Origin: a virus
Taxonomy: Duplodnaviria; Caudoviricetes
Length of the DNA: 44,678 nucleotides
Direction: 5' to 3' (one strand)
IMG/VR virus record: IMGVR_UViG_3300030433_000377
Span: 1-44,678 of that record
Shown piece after piece: positions 7,143 to 17,942 of the stretch; the first letter of the stretch is position 1; the number at the start of each line of letters is the position of its first letter. The translations under genes and the position numbers were made by a program. Under the pieces are notes generated by a model. That model saw nothing but the letters and a program-made list of their open reading frames with translations. It had not been told where the DNA came from and did no database searches.

Positions 7143-8586
7143 GACTGTACCTGCTGAACCTGTTGCAGCAGAGTTCGATGTCGAAGAAGCACAGGATATT
7201 GTCTTTAAGCCTAACGCGGGGCCGCAGACATATTTCCTAAGTTCATCAGAACGTGAAGTACTTTATGGTGGTGCAGCAGGTGGTGGTAAGTCCTACGCTA
7301 TGTTGGCAGATCCACTACACGGGTTGAACGATCCTAACTTCAGCGGACTACTCGTACGTCACACCACTGAAGAACTCCGTGAACTTATCCAGAAAAGCCA
7401 AGAGTTATATCCGAAGGCTATTCCTGGTATCAAATGGTCAGAGCGTAAATCGCAGTGGACCTCACCCAAAGGTGGCAGACTATGGATGTCGTATCTAGAT
7501 AAAGATACTGACGTTACTCGCTACCAGGGCCAGGCATTTAACTGGATTGGCTTTGACGAATTAACGCAGTGGCCTACCCCTTACGCATGGGATTATATGC
7601 GATCCCGTTTGCGTTCTGCTCAAGCGAAAGACCTGGGCCTATACATGCGAGCTACAACTAACCCAGGTGGTGCAGGCCATAGTTGGGTTAAAAAGATGTT
7701 CATTGATCCTGCCCCGGCCGGTAAAGCTTTTTGGGCAACGAATGTCGAAACTGGTGAGACTATTACATTCCCGAAGGGGCATAGTAGAGAAGGCGAGCCT
7801 CTGTTTAAGCGCCGGTTCATTCCGGCATCTTTGTTTGACAACCCTTACTTGGCTGAAGCAGGTGACTACGAAGCCATGCTGCTGTCGCTACCAGAGCACC
7901 AGCGCAAACAGCTACTAGAGGGTAACTGGGATATTAACGAAGGGGCAGCGTTCCCGGAATTTGACCGTAGCGTACATGTAGTACCTAAAGAAGACATACC
8001 TTCTAATTGGACTCGCTTTCGCGCATGTGACTACGGTTATGGTTCATACACTGGCGTATTATGGTTTGCGGTCGCGCCAGATGAACAACTGATTGTGTAC
8101 CGCGAGATGTATGTTTCTAAAGTTACGGCTAGTGATCTAGCGGATCTGATATTGGAAGCAGAAGCAAACGATGGTACAATACGGTACGGTGTGCTGGATT
8201 CCTCCCTGTGGCACAACCGTGGTGACACGGGGCCGTCGTTGGCTGAACAGATGAACATGAAGGGTTGCAGATGGCGACCTTCAGATCGGTCACGAGGCTC
8301 CCGTGTTGCTGGTAAGAACGAGATACACAGGCGGTTGCAGGTAGACGAGTTTACCGAAAAACCACGGCTAGTGTTTATGGACAATTGTACTAACACGATT
8401 GCTCAGATACCTAGCATTCCTCTGGACAAGAGAAACCCGGAAGACGTTGATACCAACGCAGAAGATCACCTTTACGATGCGTTACGTTATGGCATCATGA
8501 CACGACCACGCAGCAGCATATGGGACTATGACCCCGCAACACAGCGCACTGGCTTCCAAGCAAGTGACCCAGCATTCGGATATTGA
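6997..8586 (+). CDS. terL: Terminase large subunit
   Basis: Walker A YGGAAGGGKS, Walker B IGFDE, coupling motif ATTNPGG, nuclease DYG...DHLYDALRY; start uncertain (could be GTG 7093). Confidence 0.95.
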   Translation: MSNDVKKQLQLNASLPSGSKKPLRKSKSSKTKVSEPTPVSAQKDSPKIKTVPAEPVAAEFDVEEAQDIVFKPNAGPQTYFLSSSEREVLYGGAAGGGKSYAMLADPLHGLNDPNFSGLLVRHTTEELRELIQKSQELYPKAIPGIKWSERKSQWTSPKGGRLWMSYLDKDTDVTRYQGQAFNWIGFDELTQWPTPYAWDYMRSRLRSAQAKDLGLYMRATTNPGGAGHSWVKKMFIDPAPAGKAFWATNVETGETITFPKGHSREGEPLFKRRFIPASLFDNPYLAEAGDYEAMLLSLPEHQRKQLLEGNWDINEGAAFPEFDRSVHVVPKEDIPSNWTRFRACDYGYGSYTGVLWFAVAPDEQLIVYREMYVSKVTASDLADLILEAEANDGTIRYGVLDSSLWHNRGDTGPSLAEQMNMKGCRWRPSDRSRGSRVAGKNEIHRRLQVDEFTEKPRLVFMDNCTNTIAQIPSIPLDKRNPEDVDTNAEDHLYDALRYGIMTRPRSSIWDYDPATQRTGFQASDPAFGY

Positions 8587-8588
8587 TA

Positions 8589-10721
8589 ATGGATGAATTA
8601 GACGAAATGATGTTTGAGACAGATGAGGTCGTCGCTGCGGAAGAGGCAGACGATATCTTGTTTGCTGAGTCACGTATTGTCTCTTTTGTGTCGGAGCGCT
8701 TTAAGCGTGCAGAAGATGCTCGTTACGCTGACGAAGAGCGTTGGTTACGCGCCTATCGTAACTATCGAGGTTTGTACGGTTCTGATGTACAATTTACGGA
8801 CGCCGAGAAGTCTCGCGTATTTGTAAAGGTTACTAAGACTAAGACCTTGGCTGCTTACGGTCAGATCGTTGACGTACTATTTGGTAACAACAAGTTTCCG
8901 CTCACTGTTAACCCTACGGTTCTGCCAGACGGTGTTGTAGAGGCAGCACACATCAACGTTGACCCGAATGCAGCTATGGCAGGTGATGCACTGAAAGCTG
9001 TCACTCGTGATGAAGCGTCTAAGCCTTACTTGATCGGCCCTGATACAGAGCTACGCCCTGGCGAAACGATGTCAGATCTGCGAGCGCGTCTAGGCCCGGT
9101 AGCAGACAAAGTAGATCCTGTAAGCGATAAGATTGTAGAAGGTCAAGGCACTACTGCCACTACTGTTACTTTCCATCCTGCAATGGTTGCAGCTAAGAAG
9201 ATGGAGAAGAAGATCCATGACCAGCTAAATGAGTCAGGCGCGAACGTACACCTACGCAGCATGGCCTTTGAGATGGCTTTGTTGGGTACAGGTGCTATGA
9301 AAGGCCCGTTCGCTGTAGACAAAGAATATGCTAACTGGAACGAGATGGGCGAATATGATCCGCTCATCAAGACCGTACCTGAGTGTAGCCACGTAAGTTT
9401 GTGGGATCTATACCCTGATCCTGAAGCACGTTCGATGGACGAAGCTGAATACGTTGTCGAGCGTCACCGGATGTCGCGCACTCAGATGCGTGCTCTAAAA
9501 GGTCGTCCTTTCTTCCTAGATGAAGCTATCGAGAAGGTTATCTCTGTAGGCCCAGACTATGTACAGAAGTACTGGGAACAGACCATGGAAGACAACGATA
9601 CTACGCCTAACTCAGAGCGCTTTGAAGTGTTAGAGTTTTGGGGTTACGTAGATCGTGACATTCTCGAAGAGCAAGGTGTAGAAGTTCCTGACGAGCTAGC
9701 TGATCTAGACGAACTTTCTTGTAACGTATGGGTGTCTGGCGGTGAAGTACTTCGCTTTGTGCTGAACCCATTCAAGCCTGCACGTATTCCGTACTACGCC
9801 GTTCCTTACGAGCACAACCCATACAGCTTCTTTGGCGTTGGCATCGCAGAGAACATGGATGACACCCAGACGTTGATGAATGGCTTTATGCGTATGGCTA
9901 TCGACAACGCCGCATTGTCAGGGAACTTGATCGTTGAAGTGGACGAAACTAACCTCGTACCTGGACAAGACCTATCAATCTATCCAGGCAAGATATTTAG
10001 ACGTCAAGGTGGCGCTCCTGGACAGGCTATCTTCGGTACTAAGTTTCCTAACGTTGCTAATGAAAATATGCAGCTCTTTGACAAGGCACGAGTACTCGCG
10101 GATGAAAGCACAGGGTTTCCTTCCTTTGCCCATGGTCAGACCGGCGTCTCTGGTGTTGGCCGGACTGCTTCTGGCATTTCTATGCTTATGTCTGCTGCTA
10201 ACGGTAGCATTCGTACTGTCGTTAAGAACGTTGATGATTATCTTCTCCGTCCGCTAGGAAAGTCTTTCTTTGCATTTAACATGCAGTTTGACTTTGATAC
10301 AGACATCCGTGGCGACTTGGAAGTACGTGCTGCAGGTACTGAAAGCTTGATGGCTAACGAAGTACGGTCGCAGCGTCTTATGCAATTCTTGCAGGTTGCA
10401 CAGAACCCAGCCCTTGCACCTTTCGCTAAAATGGATTATATTATCCGCGAAATCGCTAAGAGTATGGACCTAGACCCCGATAAGGTCACGAACTCACTGC
10501 AAGATGCAGCTATTCAGGCAGAGATCCTGAAAGGGTTCCAAGCTCAACAACCTCAACCAGAACCTGGCATTGAAGGTCAAGGCGTCCAAGGCGTCCAAGA
10601 TACTTCAGGTGGCGGCGGTGCTCAGATGGGTATCGGTACAGCACCTACACCAGGTGAGCAAGGATTTACCGGAAATGAGCAGCCTCAAGCTCCTGGTCAA
10701 CAACAAGGCCCTTTGGGATAG
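8589..10721 (+). CDS. Portal protein
   Basis: ~710 aa directly after TerL; LLGTGAMK, DLYPDP, FFGVGIAE, RTASG motifs of P22-like portals; Q/G-rich tail. Confidence 0.9.
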   Translation: MDELDEMMFETDEVVAAEEADDILFAESRIVSFVSERFKRAEDARYADEERWLRAYRNYRGLYGSDVQFTDAEKSRVFVKVTKTKTLAAYGQIVDVLFGNNKFPLTVNPTVLPDGVVEAAHINVDPNAAMAGDALKAVTRDEASKPYLIGPDTELRPGETMSDLRARLGPVADKVDPVSDKIVEGQGTTATTVTFHPAMVAAKKMEKKIHDQLNESGANVHLRSMAFEMALLGTGAMKGPFAVDKEYANWNEMGEYDPLIKTVPECSHVSLWDLYPDPEARSMDEAEYVVERHRMSRTQMRALKGRPFFLDEAIEKVISVGPDYVQKYWEQTMEDNDTTPNSERFEVLEFWGYVDRDILEEQGVEVPDELADLDELSCNVWVSGGEVLRFVLNPFKPARIPYYAVPYEHNPYSFFGVGIAENMDDTQTLMNGFMRMAIDNAALSGNLIVEVDETNLVPGQDLSIYPGKIFRRQGGAPGQAIFGTKFPNVANENMQLFDKARVLADESTGFPSFAHGQTGVSGVGRTASGISMLMSAANGSIRTVVKNVDDYLLRPLGKSFFAFNMQFDFDTDIRGDLEVRAAGTESLMANEVRSQRLMQFLQVAQNPALAPFAKMDYIIREIAKSMDLDPDKVTNSLQDAAIQAEILKGFQAQQPQPEPGIEGQGVQGVQDTSGGGGAQMGIGTAPTPGEQGFTGNEQPQAPGQQQGPLG

Positions 10722-10875
10722 CTTTAACGAGCACGTCGATGCCGAACTAAATCAGCTATACTCTCGTCTGAGCGTAGCTGATGAGGTTTTAGAACTTCAT
10801 AGAATCCAGGGTGAGATCCGCGCCCTAAAGAGACTCAAATACCTACGGGAGAAAGTAAATGGACATGTCACCTGA
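10675..10875 (+). CDS. Small helical protein after the portal
   Basis: ATG at 10675; HRIQGEIRALKRL pattern typical of post-portal genes. Confidence 0.7.
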   Translation: MSSLKLLVNNKALWDSFNEHVDAELNQLYSRLSVADEVLELHRIQGEIRALKRLKYLREKVNGHVT

Positions 10876-13800
10876 GCGTATTGATCCAGTGTCGGGAAAT
10901 AAAATCCCGCTTGGTGCAACCGCTGAGAACGTACGCGATGACATCCCTGCTCAGTTGAGTGAGGGTGAGTACGTAGTGCCTGCTGATGTGGTGAACTACT
11001 ACGGCGTTAAGTTCTTTGAAGATCTGCGCTCAGATGCCAAAGAAGGTTATCAAGAGATGGCTGCTACCGGTCGCATTGGCGGTGAGCCTATTGATGATCA
11101 AGACTCTTTCCCATTTAGTTTGGAAGAACTCGCTGTCGAAGGTGAGTCTGAGTATAACTCGGGCGGCGTTGTACAGGCCAACGAAGGCATCTACGCTCGA
11201 CGGGCAGGTATTTCTCTACCAAGCCGAGCACCCGTTGCACCTGCTGCACCTGTAGCCCCGGCACCTGTAACAACCTCTATCGAAGCTGCGGCTGAAGAGC
11301 GAGCAGGTACAGGAGGCCGACGACTAAGACCAAATATGTATGGCGGACATAGCGTTACTGCTCGGCGGTTTATCAACCCTCGGACAGGTCAGGTTGTGAC
11401 CATGAAAGGCGTTAACATTCCCGGCTCTTTACGGCTCGGTGATATGGAACGTGATCCTGAAACGGGAAAGCTAACAGGGCAGTCATCAGGTCCAACTTTT
11501 CAGCCGATTGACCGCACAGGTCAGCCTTATCAAATCCCTTCTGATTTTATACCGCTGCAGGATTTACCCGAAGATAACCCTTACTATGAATCAAGTGGTG
11601 CGGAAGGTTACACACCTTACGGGTTCCGTGCAGGCTTTGCCGGTTTAGGTGAGTATGCACAGCGTCGCAAGTTTGATCCGTTTATGAGTCGTGATGCGGA
11701 AGGTGAGTTACAGGGTTCGGCCTCTGTGTTCCGTAACGATTATGCTGGTCGCCCGGATATGCAATTAGATCTTTTTGATCGCCGTAAGGGTTACCGAGAG
11801 ATGGACCTGGAGGGCTTAGTCGATTCGTTTGACGAGCGTATGGCTACAGGTAAGTACGAAGGCCAAGCAGAAGGTCGTATTGGAATGTTCCAAGGTAACT
11901 TCGGTAACCTTGAAACTAATAAAATCCTACGTGCCGCAGAAGAAGACATTCTTAATATAGATAAAATGTTGCAGCAACCTGGGATTACACCTCAACAGGT
12001 TCAAGAACTGCGGTCTGCTCGTGCTCAGTATGCAGCGGAATTAACCCGTATGCAAAACATTCTGTACGACAAGGGTCTAGATCGTGATGCAGATGGTTTA
12101 GAAGACAGTTTCGTTGAGAAGTTCTCAGCAGGCACGGCTATGCCAGACAATGAAAACCTCGGCGTGTTGCGCGCTGGTGCTCAACTAGTTACAGGTTTCG
12201 GTGCTGATGACACGGCAGATGATCGCGTTAATCTTGCAGAACAAGGTCGGGCAGCACGGCAGACAGCAGCGGCAGCAGCCCCACGCATTCAAGGCTACGC
12301 AGCTCCTACGCCTACGTATGCAGATGATCCGATTAGTCAGCAGGTAAAGACACAATCACAAAGCCTCACGGCGCGGGGAGCACACCCCCTTGTGAATACC
12401 CCTGTTACAGGGGAGAGTGTGACGTATCAGCCTGGTGCTCGCTTCGCAGGACAGCCCGCTTCTGTTACGTCTAGGGATGCATATTTGAATGATCCGCGAC
12501 TTTATCTTCGAGATCCGGCACGAGAAGGAAACCCGACATCTACACGTATAAATCCTGCAACAGGTGCTAGTACGACATATTCGCCAGGTGCAGGTTATAC
12601 AGCACTCAGACAGGCAGAAGCGGCCGCACGTCAGTTGCGTGACTTGGGTTTAGGCGTTCCTAAGCGTTTACCAGACACGCCCGATATTCGAGTCCAGCCT
12701 ATGGCTGATCCTAACAGCCCAGAAGCATTTATGCAGCAGCGTATGCGAGGCTTCAACGAAGGTGGTCAGGTACGTGGTTACCAGTATGGCGGTATGCCTC
12801 AGCGTACTCCAGATGTAGATCTGTCAGAGCTACCTAATCTTAATCCGCGTACCGTAGTTAGTGACGGCTCTTCCGTTGCAGAGGCTGCTGAAAACCGTGC
12901 TAACTTAGCTAACTTCTTCCGTAACCTACCCGGCAATGTAGCTAGTGCAGCATCTGATGCAGCATCTAGTGTGTCTGATGCAGCAGCTTACGCAGCAGAT
13001 CCTTCTAACTATATCCCTAATGCAGAACAGCGAGCAGCAAACAGAGCAGCTAATGAAGCCGCTGCTGCTGAGCGCCGCGCCGTTAATCAAAACCTGGCTA
13101 ACAGCGCAGGTGAACTGGCAGATTTCGCATCCAATGCAGCTTCTTTTACTGGCGCACGATTGTCGGGGCTTTCTCAAGTACCAGGCACAATGGCGGCAAA
13201 TGCAGCGACGCTTTACCACCGTATGGAAGGTGGCGCAGAACGTAATGCATATGATGCAGGCTATCAAGCTGGTTATAAAGCAGGTCTTAGTGCTTCTGGT
13301 AAAATGTCTAGTCAGCCTGGTGGACGCGGTGCAGCACCTGTTGAGTCAGGCACGTATGGTCGTGGCACCGTTGCTGGACCTACGGCTGAGCAGATCCAGT
13401 ACTCGCCTTTGAGTTCTTACACTTTGCGTTCAGCAAATGCTGCTCGTTTAAGTGACACATCGGCTAACCTGACAGGTGCAGCAGCTACACGTGGAGCAGC
13501 ACCAGTTGCTACAGGGACGTATGGACGCGGTACGGTAGCAGGCCCAACGGCAGCACAGCTACGTAGTGCTCGTGATCCAATGCCATCGCAGCCTGCATCA
13601 CCTATGAATAACGATCCGATCCCTTCACAGCCTGGTGTAGCACCGTTTATGGATCCGATCCCGTCACAGCCGGGTGTTGCGCCTAAGCGTTATGCTGATC
13701 CAATCCCTGGCGCACCAGATTTGGTTCCGACACCGCAGAGTTACTTGAGTGGACTAAGCGCTCCTCTGGAAGATTTCCCGTCAGAGACGTTTAGCCTCAA

Positions 13801-14011
13801 GCAGCGTAGCCCTGCAGATGCTCCGCCACGTGTTCAAACACAGACTGCGCCAGTTCAAATGCAGACGGAGCAGGGACGGCAGTCAGTACAGGATCGTATC
13901 GCTGAGTTGAAAGCTCAGCTTGGATTGACGGACACTAGCACTGCAGCACCCGCATCTAATGCTCTTGATAGAGCCAATAGTCAGCTAGATCTATTCCTTG
14001 GAGGAAACTAA
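10859..14011 (+). CDS. 1050-aa low-complexity protein with N-terminal DDIPAxLSEGEYVV module
   Basis: Long ORF in the head module; A/P/G-rich, internal repeats, several [FY]xxGG motifs; start could be ATG 10865. Confidence 0.85.
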   Translation: MDMSPERIDPVSGNKIPLGATAENVRDDIPAQLSEGEYVVPADVVNYYGVKFFEDLRSDAKEGYQEMAATGRIGGEPIDDQDSFPFSLEELAVEGESEYNSGGVVQANEGIYARRAGISLPSRAPVAPAAPVAPAPVTTSIEAAAEERAGTGGRRLRPNMYGGHSVTARRFINPRTGQVVTMKGVNIPGSLRLGDMERDPETGKLTGQSSGPTFQPIDRTGQPYQIPSDFIPLQDLPEDNPYYESSGAEGYTPYGFRAGFAGLGEYAQRRKFDPFMSRDAEGELQGSASVFRNDYAGRPDMQLDLFDRRKGYREMDLEGLVDSFDERMATGKYEGQAEGRIGMFQGNFGNLETNKILRAAEEDILNIDKMLQQPGITPQQVQELRSARAQYAAELTRMQNILYDKGLDRDADGLEDSFVEKFSAGTAMPDNENLGVLRAGAQLVTGFGADDTADDRVNLAEQGRAARQTAAAAAPRIQGYAAPTPTYADDPISQQVKTQSQSLTARGAHPLVNTPVTGESVTYQPGARFAGQPASVTSRDAYLNDPRLYLRDPAREGNPTSTRINPATGASTTYSPGAGYTALRQAEAAARQLRDLGLGVPKRLPDTPDIRVQPMADPNSPEAFMQQRMRGFNEGGQVRGYQYGGMPQRTPDVDLSELPNLNPRTVVSDGSSVAEAAENRANLANFFRNLPGNVASAASDAASSVSDAAAYAADPSNYIPNAEQRAANRAANEAAAAERRAVNQNLANSAGELADFASNAASFTGARLSGLSQVPGTMAANAATLYHRMEGGAERNAYDAGYQAGYKAGLSASGKMSSQPGGRGAAPVESGTYGRGTVAGPTAEQIQYSPLSSYTLRSANAARLSDTSANLTGAAATRGAAPVATGTYGRGTVAGPTAAQLRSARDPMPSQPASPMNNDPIPSQPGVAPFMDPIPSQPGVAPKRYADPIPGAPDLVPTPQSYLSGLSAPLEDFPSETFSLKQRSPADAPPRVQTQTAPVQMQTEQGRQSVQDRIAELKAQLGLTDTSTAAPASNALDRANSQLDLFLGGN

Positions 14012-14014
14012 TAA

Positions 14015-17000
14015 ATGAAGCGCGGTTATCAAGAAGGCGGAATGCCACAGCGTACCCTTTTCCCGGATTTGCCTGACGAGGAATACAACCAGTTAATCGG
14101 CTCACTTGGCGGGAATTACGAAATTGATCCAGAACTAGGCGCCAGGGTAGATGCGTACCTTGCGAATATGCCAACGCTGCAGCAGCGACTTGCAGCAGAG
14201 GACGCTGCGCTCGAAGCCAAGATGGAGACGGGGCGCATTGCACACGAGCAGCGAATGGCTGAAATCGAGGCGGAACTTCAAGCGTCAAAAGAACAACGTC
14301 GACGTGAAGATGCGTTACTAGCCGAGCTAAGAGCAAACCCTTATCAACCAACACCGCCTATTGTTACACCTGAAGAGTCAGCAGCAATAGATGCAAACAT
14401 CTTAGCACGTCAACAACAGATTGAAGATAGTAGAGCGCAACAAGAACTAGCTGAGCTAGAGTATTTGCTAAAGGTTCAACAAGGGCAGCAAGTAGACAAC
14501 GCCATTGAAGGTCTACGAATGGCAGATTCTGCGCTGCCTCTAGCCGAAGGTTTAGCGGGGTTAGATCCTTCAGAAGTACCTGCTAGTACAGATAGTTCAG
14601 GTTTAGTAGACCCTACTTCGACTAATACTGCTGCTCAGAATCGTCGGTTAGAAAACGCGATTAAGCAACAGAGTAATTTCGACTCTAATGTGCTCAATCG
14701 CGCAATATCTGATATAAACATTGCAGATGTTGCCGACCCAGGCTTGATGTCTCCTGATGAGGTCGAGCGTTTAGACGATGATATTACCGCCAAGTATGAA
14801 TCTCAGCAGCAGCAGCTTCAAGAACTGGATAAGGAAGCACTTCAGATAAAGAGTGACACGGAAAGTTTAGCTTTAGCTGTTAAAGAGTTCTCACAAAACA
14901 CTACCGCGTATGCTGACTTTAGAGATCAAGTAAATCAAGTACAGCAGGAACTTGCTCAATTTGATGAAGACACTGATTCTTATGTTAATCGCTTTGCCAA
15001 TCTAGAAGAAGACCTTCAACGCCAGCTAAACAGTCTTAGTAACGAGGCTACCGTAGCTTCTAACCCGTCTGCAGGGACTGTAAACACAGAGGAAGAGCAG
15101 CTTGCTCTAGCTGAGAGTTTTGGCATTGACAGGGCTGCTCTGGTAGAAGCTCAACGTCAGAAGATCCTTAGAGAGGGTGTAGTAGAGCCTGTTCTATCTT
15201 CTGAGATGCGGCATCTTCTCTTTACTATGGAACTAGAGAGAGCATACGCACAAAAAACACTAGAAGCGATGGGTCCAATAGGAGAAGGGCGCTCTGAGTA
15301 CCCTACCTATTTCAAGGGCGAAATCAAGCAGACTAACACGGATTTTACTACCGATAGAGATAATCTACTAGATCTTCACCTAGCTCGTCGCGAGCGTCTT
15401 AACGCTATTGAAAAGCCAGACTTCTCGAACTTAGCAGATGTGCAAGCCTACAGTGAGTTGGTTCGCAAAGAGATCATCAACATTGACGATGTACTGGCTT
15501 TGTCACAGCGTGCACGTCAAGCAATGCAGAAAAGCATCTATGAAGGTCGCGTTAGTTACGAAGACGTACTGGCGGCGCTTGAACTTCGGAAAATCGCAGA
15601 TCGAGGTGTCCGTAGAGAGGTTACCAGCGAGGGCTTTACTTATACCGTACAGGGTGATGTTGTAGGCGAGGGTACTGTAGCTGGTGGCCTAGAACCAGTA
15701 GATCCTACATCGCCTTTGTACCAGACCGAAGGTAACGTAATCTCATCTAATTTAGCACGTGGTAGAACTGATTTCTCTAGAAGAAGTGTAGGTCTAGGCT
15801 TGGGTAGCTCAAGAAAATCTCGTCGGTTCTATAATGAAGAAGGTATCCCCTTCGGACACACTAATGCTTCTGCTGTAGATTACGTCTCGGATGATGATAC
15901 GTCAGGTTCAAGATTACCAGATGAGCAACGCACCGTTGGTGGAGGAACAACTGTCATTAATCCTGATGGTGTATCTCGGGAAGAGTACGACGCTGTAATG
16001 GAAGCCCTAAGTCGGACACCTCTGGGTGTCTTCAGCACAGCCGGTCTAAATGATTTCTTGCGGTTTGCGCAATTGGCTCCATCCGACAGTGCCGCAGGTC
16101 AGCTATACGCTGAGCGTACACAAAAAGGTTTCGAAGGCGGTACCAATAGAGGTCTAGCCGTAGCACAGGAAGCAGGTATGCAAATGAACGCAGGTGGCTA
16201 TGCATCTACAGGTCTGATGTATTACGACAATGAAGCGGACAACTTAGAGCGCTACCGTCAAATGTCTAATGCGGAGCTAGACGCAGAGCTAGGTCGTATT
16301 CGCATGGAAAGCCCTGCTAATCGAGGTTTGCTCACCAATTTGATTATGAGTGTTTTAGGTGAACGTCGTGCTCAAGAGCGTCGTGACACAGTCGGTCCGC
16401 AACAAAGCACCGGCCTTATGGGTTATGACGAGGGCGGTTATGCACGCTTGCCATACGTCAACCTAGACGCGTACGCTGACAGGGTGCTGGAGAATGAGCG
16501 GACCCGCGCTCGGAATGCTGAAATTCTAGCTAACTATAATGAGTACAACCAGCCTATTGCTATGGCTTCAACGCCAGAGCAAAGAGCAACAGCGGGTTCG
16601 TTAGTAGCAGATTTCTTACCGGTTGTAGGTGGTATCAAAGGTTTTAGTGATGCCGCCGGAGTAGCTGCAGATCCGAATGCAACATTGGGTCAAGTTGCTA
16701 CAGCACTTGGCTTAGCTTCTATCGGTCTTTTGCCAGGTGGGCGCCCTGCAACGCGTGCAGCCGATGCTGTTCGAAGCAGGCTCGATGATGTAATGGACCC
16801 GACAAGTGATGCTGGTTCGGCATACCTTGAGAGACAGACCAATCCAACAATGGCTGAACGCATCCAAAACCAGCAAGCAGCGGATGCACGGGGTGTGGGT
16901 GGGGATAATTTTTACCTCTACCCTGAGAACTATCCAGGGCGGTTGCCAAGTCAGTCTTATGGATTGCGCCCTAGCTCTAGAGATACTTTCCCGTATAGCA

Positions 17001-17932
17001 CCAATCCTTCTGTAAACGCTCCGGCGGACAATGCTCCCGCACCATACTTCCAGGGCTTCTCAGGTGAAAAACCGTCGCTTAGCGCACCTACAAGAGCTAT
17101 GCCTCCAGCGCCAGACACACTGTACTTATTACGAGAGCAGATGCAGTATGCAGGTACTGAACGGGGCGCGGCAGCACGAAAGGCATATGACGAATATTAC
17201 GATCAGGTCGAAGCGTCCATACAGCAAAGTTATAACCCAGCCCGGGCATATAATGAGTGGCTATCTCAGCATTTAGATGCGCTAAAGACAGTTCCTATGG
17301 AAGAGGCTGAATACCGTAGGTTAGTACAGGATGCATATGACATTGAGTTGTTCGGCCAACCTGTGACGAACCGTCCTATGTCTAACGCACCTCGGACAAC
17401 TGTTACACTCAATCAAGACGGTGTTCCTATCAAAGTAGAAACTAGCCCTGTTTCTACGCCTACAGAAAGCCCTGTATTAGGCGGAGGTCTTATGGAAAAC
17501 ACAGAAGCTTCGCGTAGCTCAACCCCTTCGATAAGCTCTCTACGCGGCACGATGGGTGATCGTGAACGCATGAACGAAGAGTTAAGGGAGGCTGTTGCTG
17601 CTCTTGAGGCTCTAGACGAGCCAAGCTCTGATATTGTTGATGCTGTCAAAGATACAACTAATATGATTCAAGAGGCTGACGGTTTGTTGGCTCGAACACC
17701 TGGCGGTCCATCAGCGTCAAGTCTAGGCTACGGTGGGTTTAGTATTAATAACCTAGAAGATTTGACAGATCAGTGGTCACGTGCTAATATCTCTGAGAGT
17801 GAATACCGCCGAGCACTACAACAAATGGGTGTCAGAATTGGCGGTCTAAAAGGTAATACCGACCTCGATCCCGGCGCTTTAATATTTGAATTACCTGACG
17901 GTACAAAAGTACGCGGCATCGACAATATCTAA
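14015..17932 (+). CDS. 1305-aa acidic multi-segment protein, probable virion cargo
   Basis: RBS GGAGG at 14000-14004; starts MKRGYQEGGMPQRT; coiled coils and a PT-TG-like segment. Confidence 0.85.
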   Translation: MKRGYQEGGMPQRTLFPDLPDEEYNQLIGSLGGNYEIDPELGARVDAYLANMPTLQQRLAAEDAALEAKMETGRIAHEQRMAEIEAELQASKEQRRREDALLAELRANPYQPTPPIVTPEESAAIDANILARQQQIEDSRAQQELAELEYLLKVQQGQQVDNAIEGLRMADSALPLAEGLAGLDPSEVPASTDSSGLVDPTSTNTAAQNRRLENAIKQQSNFDSNVLNRAISDINIADVADPGLMSPDEVERLDDDITAKYESQQQQLQELDKEALQIKSDTESLALAVKEFSQNTTAYADFRDQVNQVQQELAQFDEDTDSYVNRFANLEEDLQRQLNSLSNEATVASNPSAGTVNTEEEQLALAESFGIDRAALVEAQRQKILREGVVEPVLSSEMRHLLFTMELERAYAQKTLEAMGPIGEGRSEYPTYFKGEIKQTNTDFTTDRDNLLDLHLARRERLNAIEKPDFSNLADVQAYSELVRKEIINIDDVLALSQRARQAMQKSIYEGRVSYEDVLAALELRKIADRGVRREVTSEGFTYTVQGDVVGEGTVAGGLEPVDPTSPLYQTEGNVISSNLARGRTDFSRRSVGLGLGSSRKSRRFYNEEGIPFGHTNASAVDYVSDDDTSGSRLPDEQRTVGGGTTVINPDGVSREEYDAVMEALSRTPLGVFSTAGLNDFLRFAQLAPSDSAAGQLYAERTQKGFEGGTNRGLAVAQEAGMQMNAGGYASTGLMYYDNEADNLERYRQMSNAELDAELGRIRMESPANRGLLTNLIMSVLGERRAQERRDTVGPQQSTGLMGYDEGGYARLPYVNLDAYADRVLENERTRARNAEILANYNEYNQPIAMASTPEQRATAGSLVADFLPVVGGIKGFSDAAGVAADPNATLGQVATALGLASIGLLPGGRPATRAADAVRSRLDDVMDPTSDAGSAYLERQTNPTMAERIQNQQAADARGVGGDNFYLYPENYPGRLPSQSYGLRPSSRDTFPYSTNPSVNAPADNAPAPYFQGFSGEKPSLSAPTRAMPPAPDTLYLLREQMQYAGTERGAAARKAYDEYYDQVEASIQQSYNPARAYNEWLSQHLDALKTVPMEEAEYRRLVQDAYDIELFGQPVTNRPMSNAPRTTVTLNQDGVPIKVETSPVSTPTESPVLGGGLMENTEASRSSTPSISSLRGTMGDRERMNEELREAVAALEALDEPSSDIVDAVKDTTNMIQEADGLLARTPGGPSASSLGYGGFSINNLEDLTDQWSRANISESEYRRALQQMGVRIGGLKGNTDLDPGALIFELPDGTKVRGIDNI

Positions 17933-17942
17933 CAGTTTCACC

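Noticed and set aside
14009-14014. Stop readthrough or recoding joining the two giant ORFs
   Set aside because: Two consecutive TAA codons and a good RBS for the second gene; all three stops are used normally elsewhere
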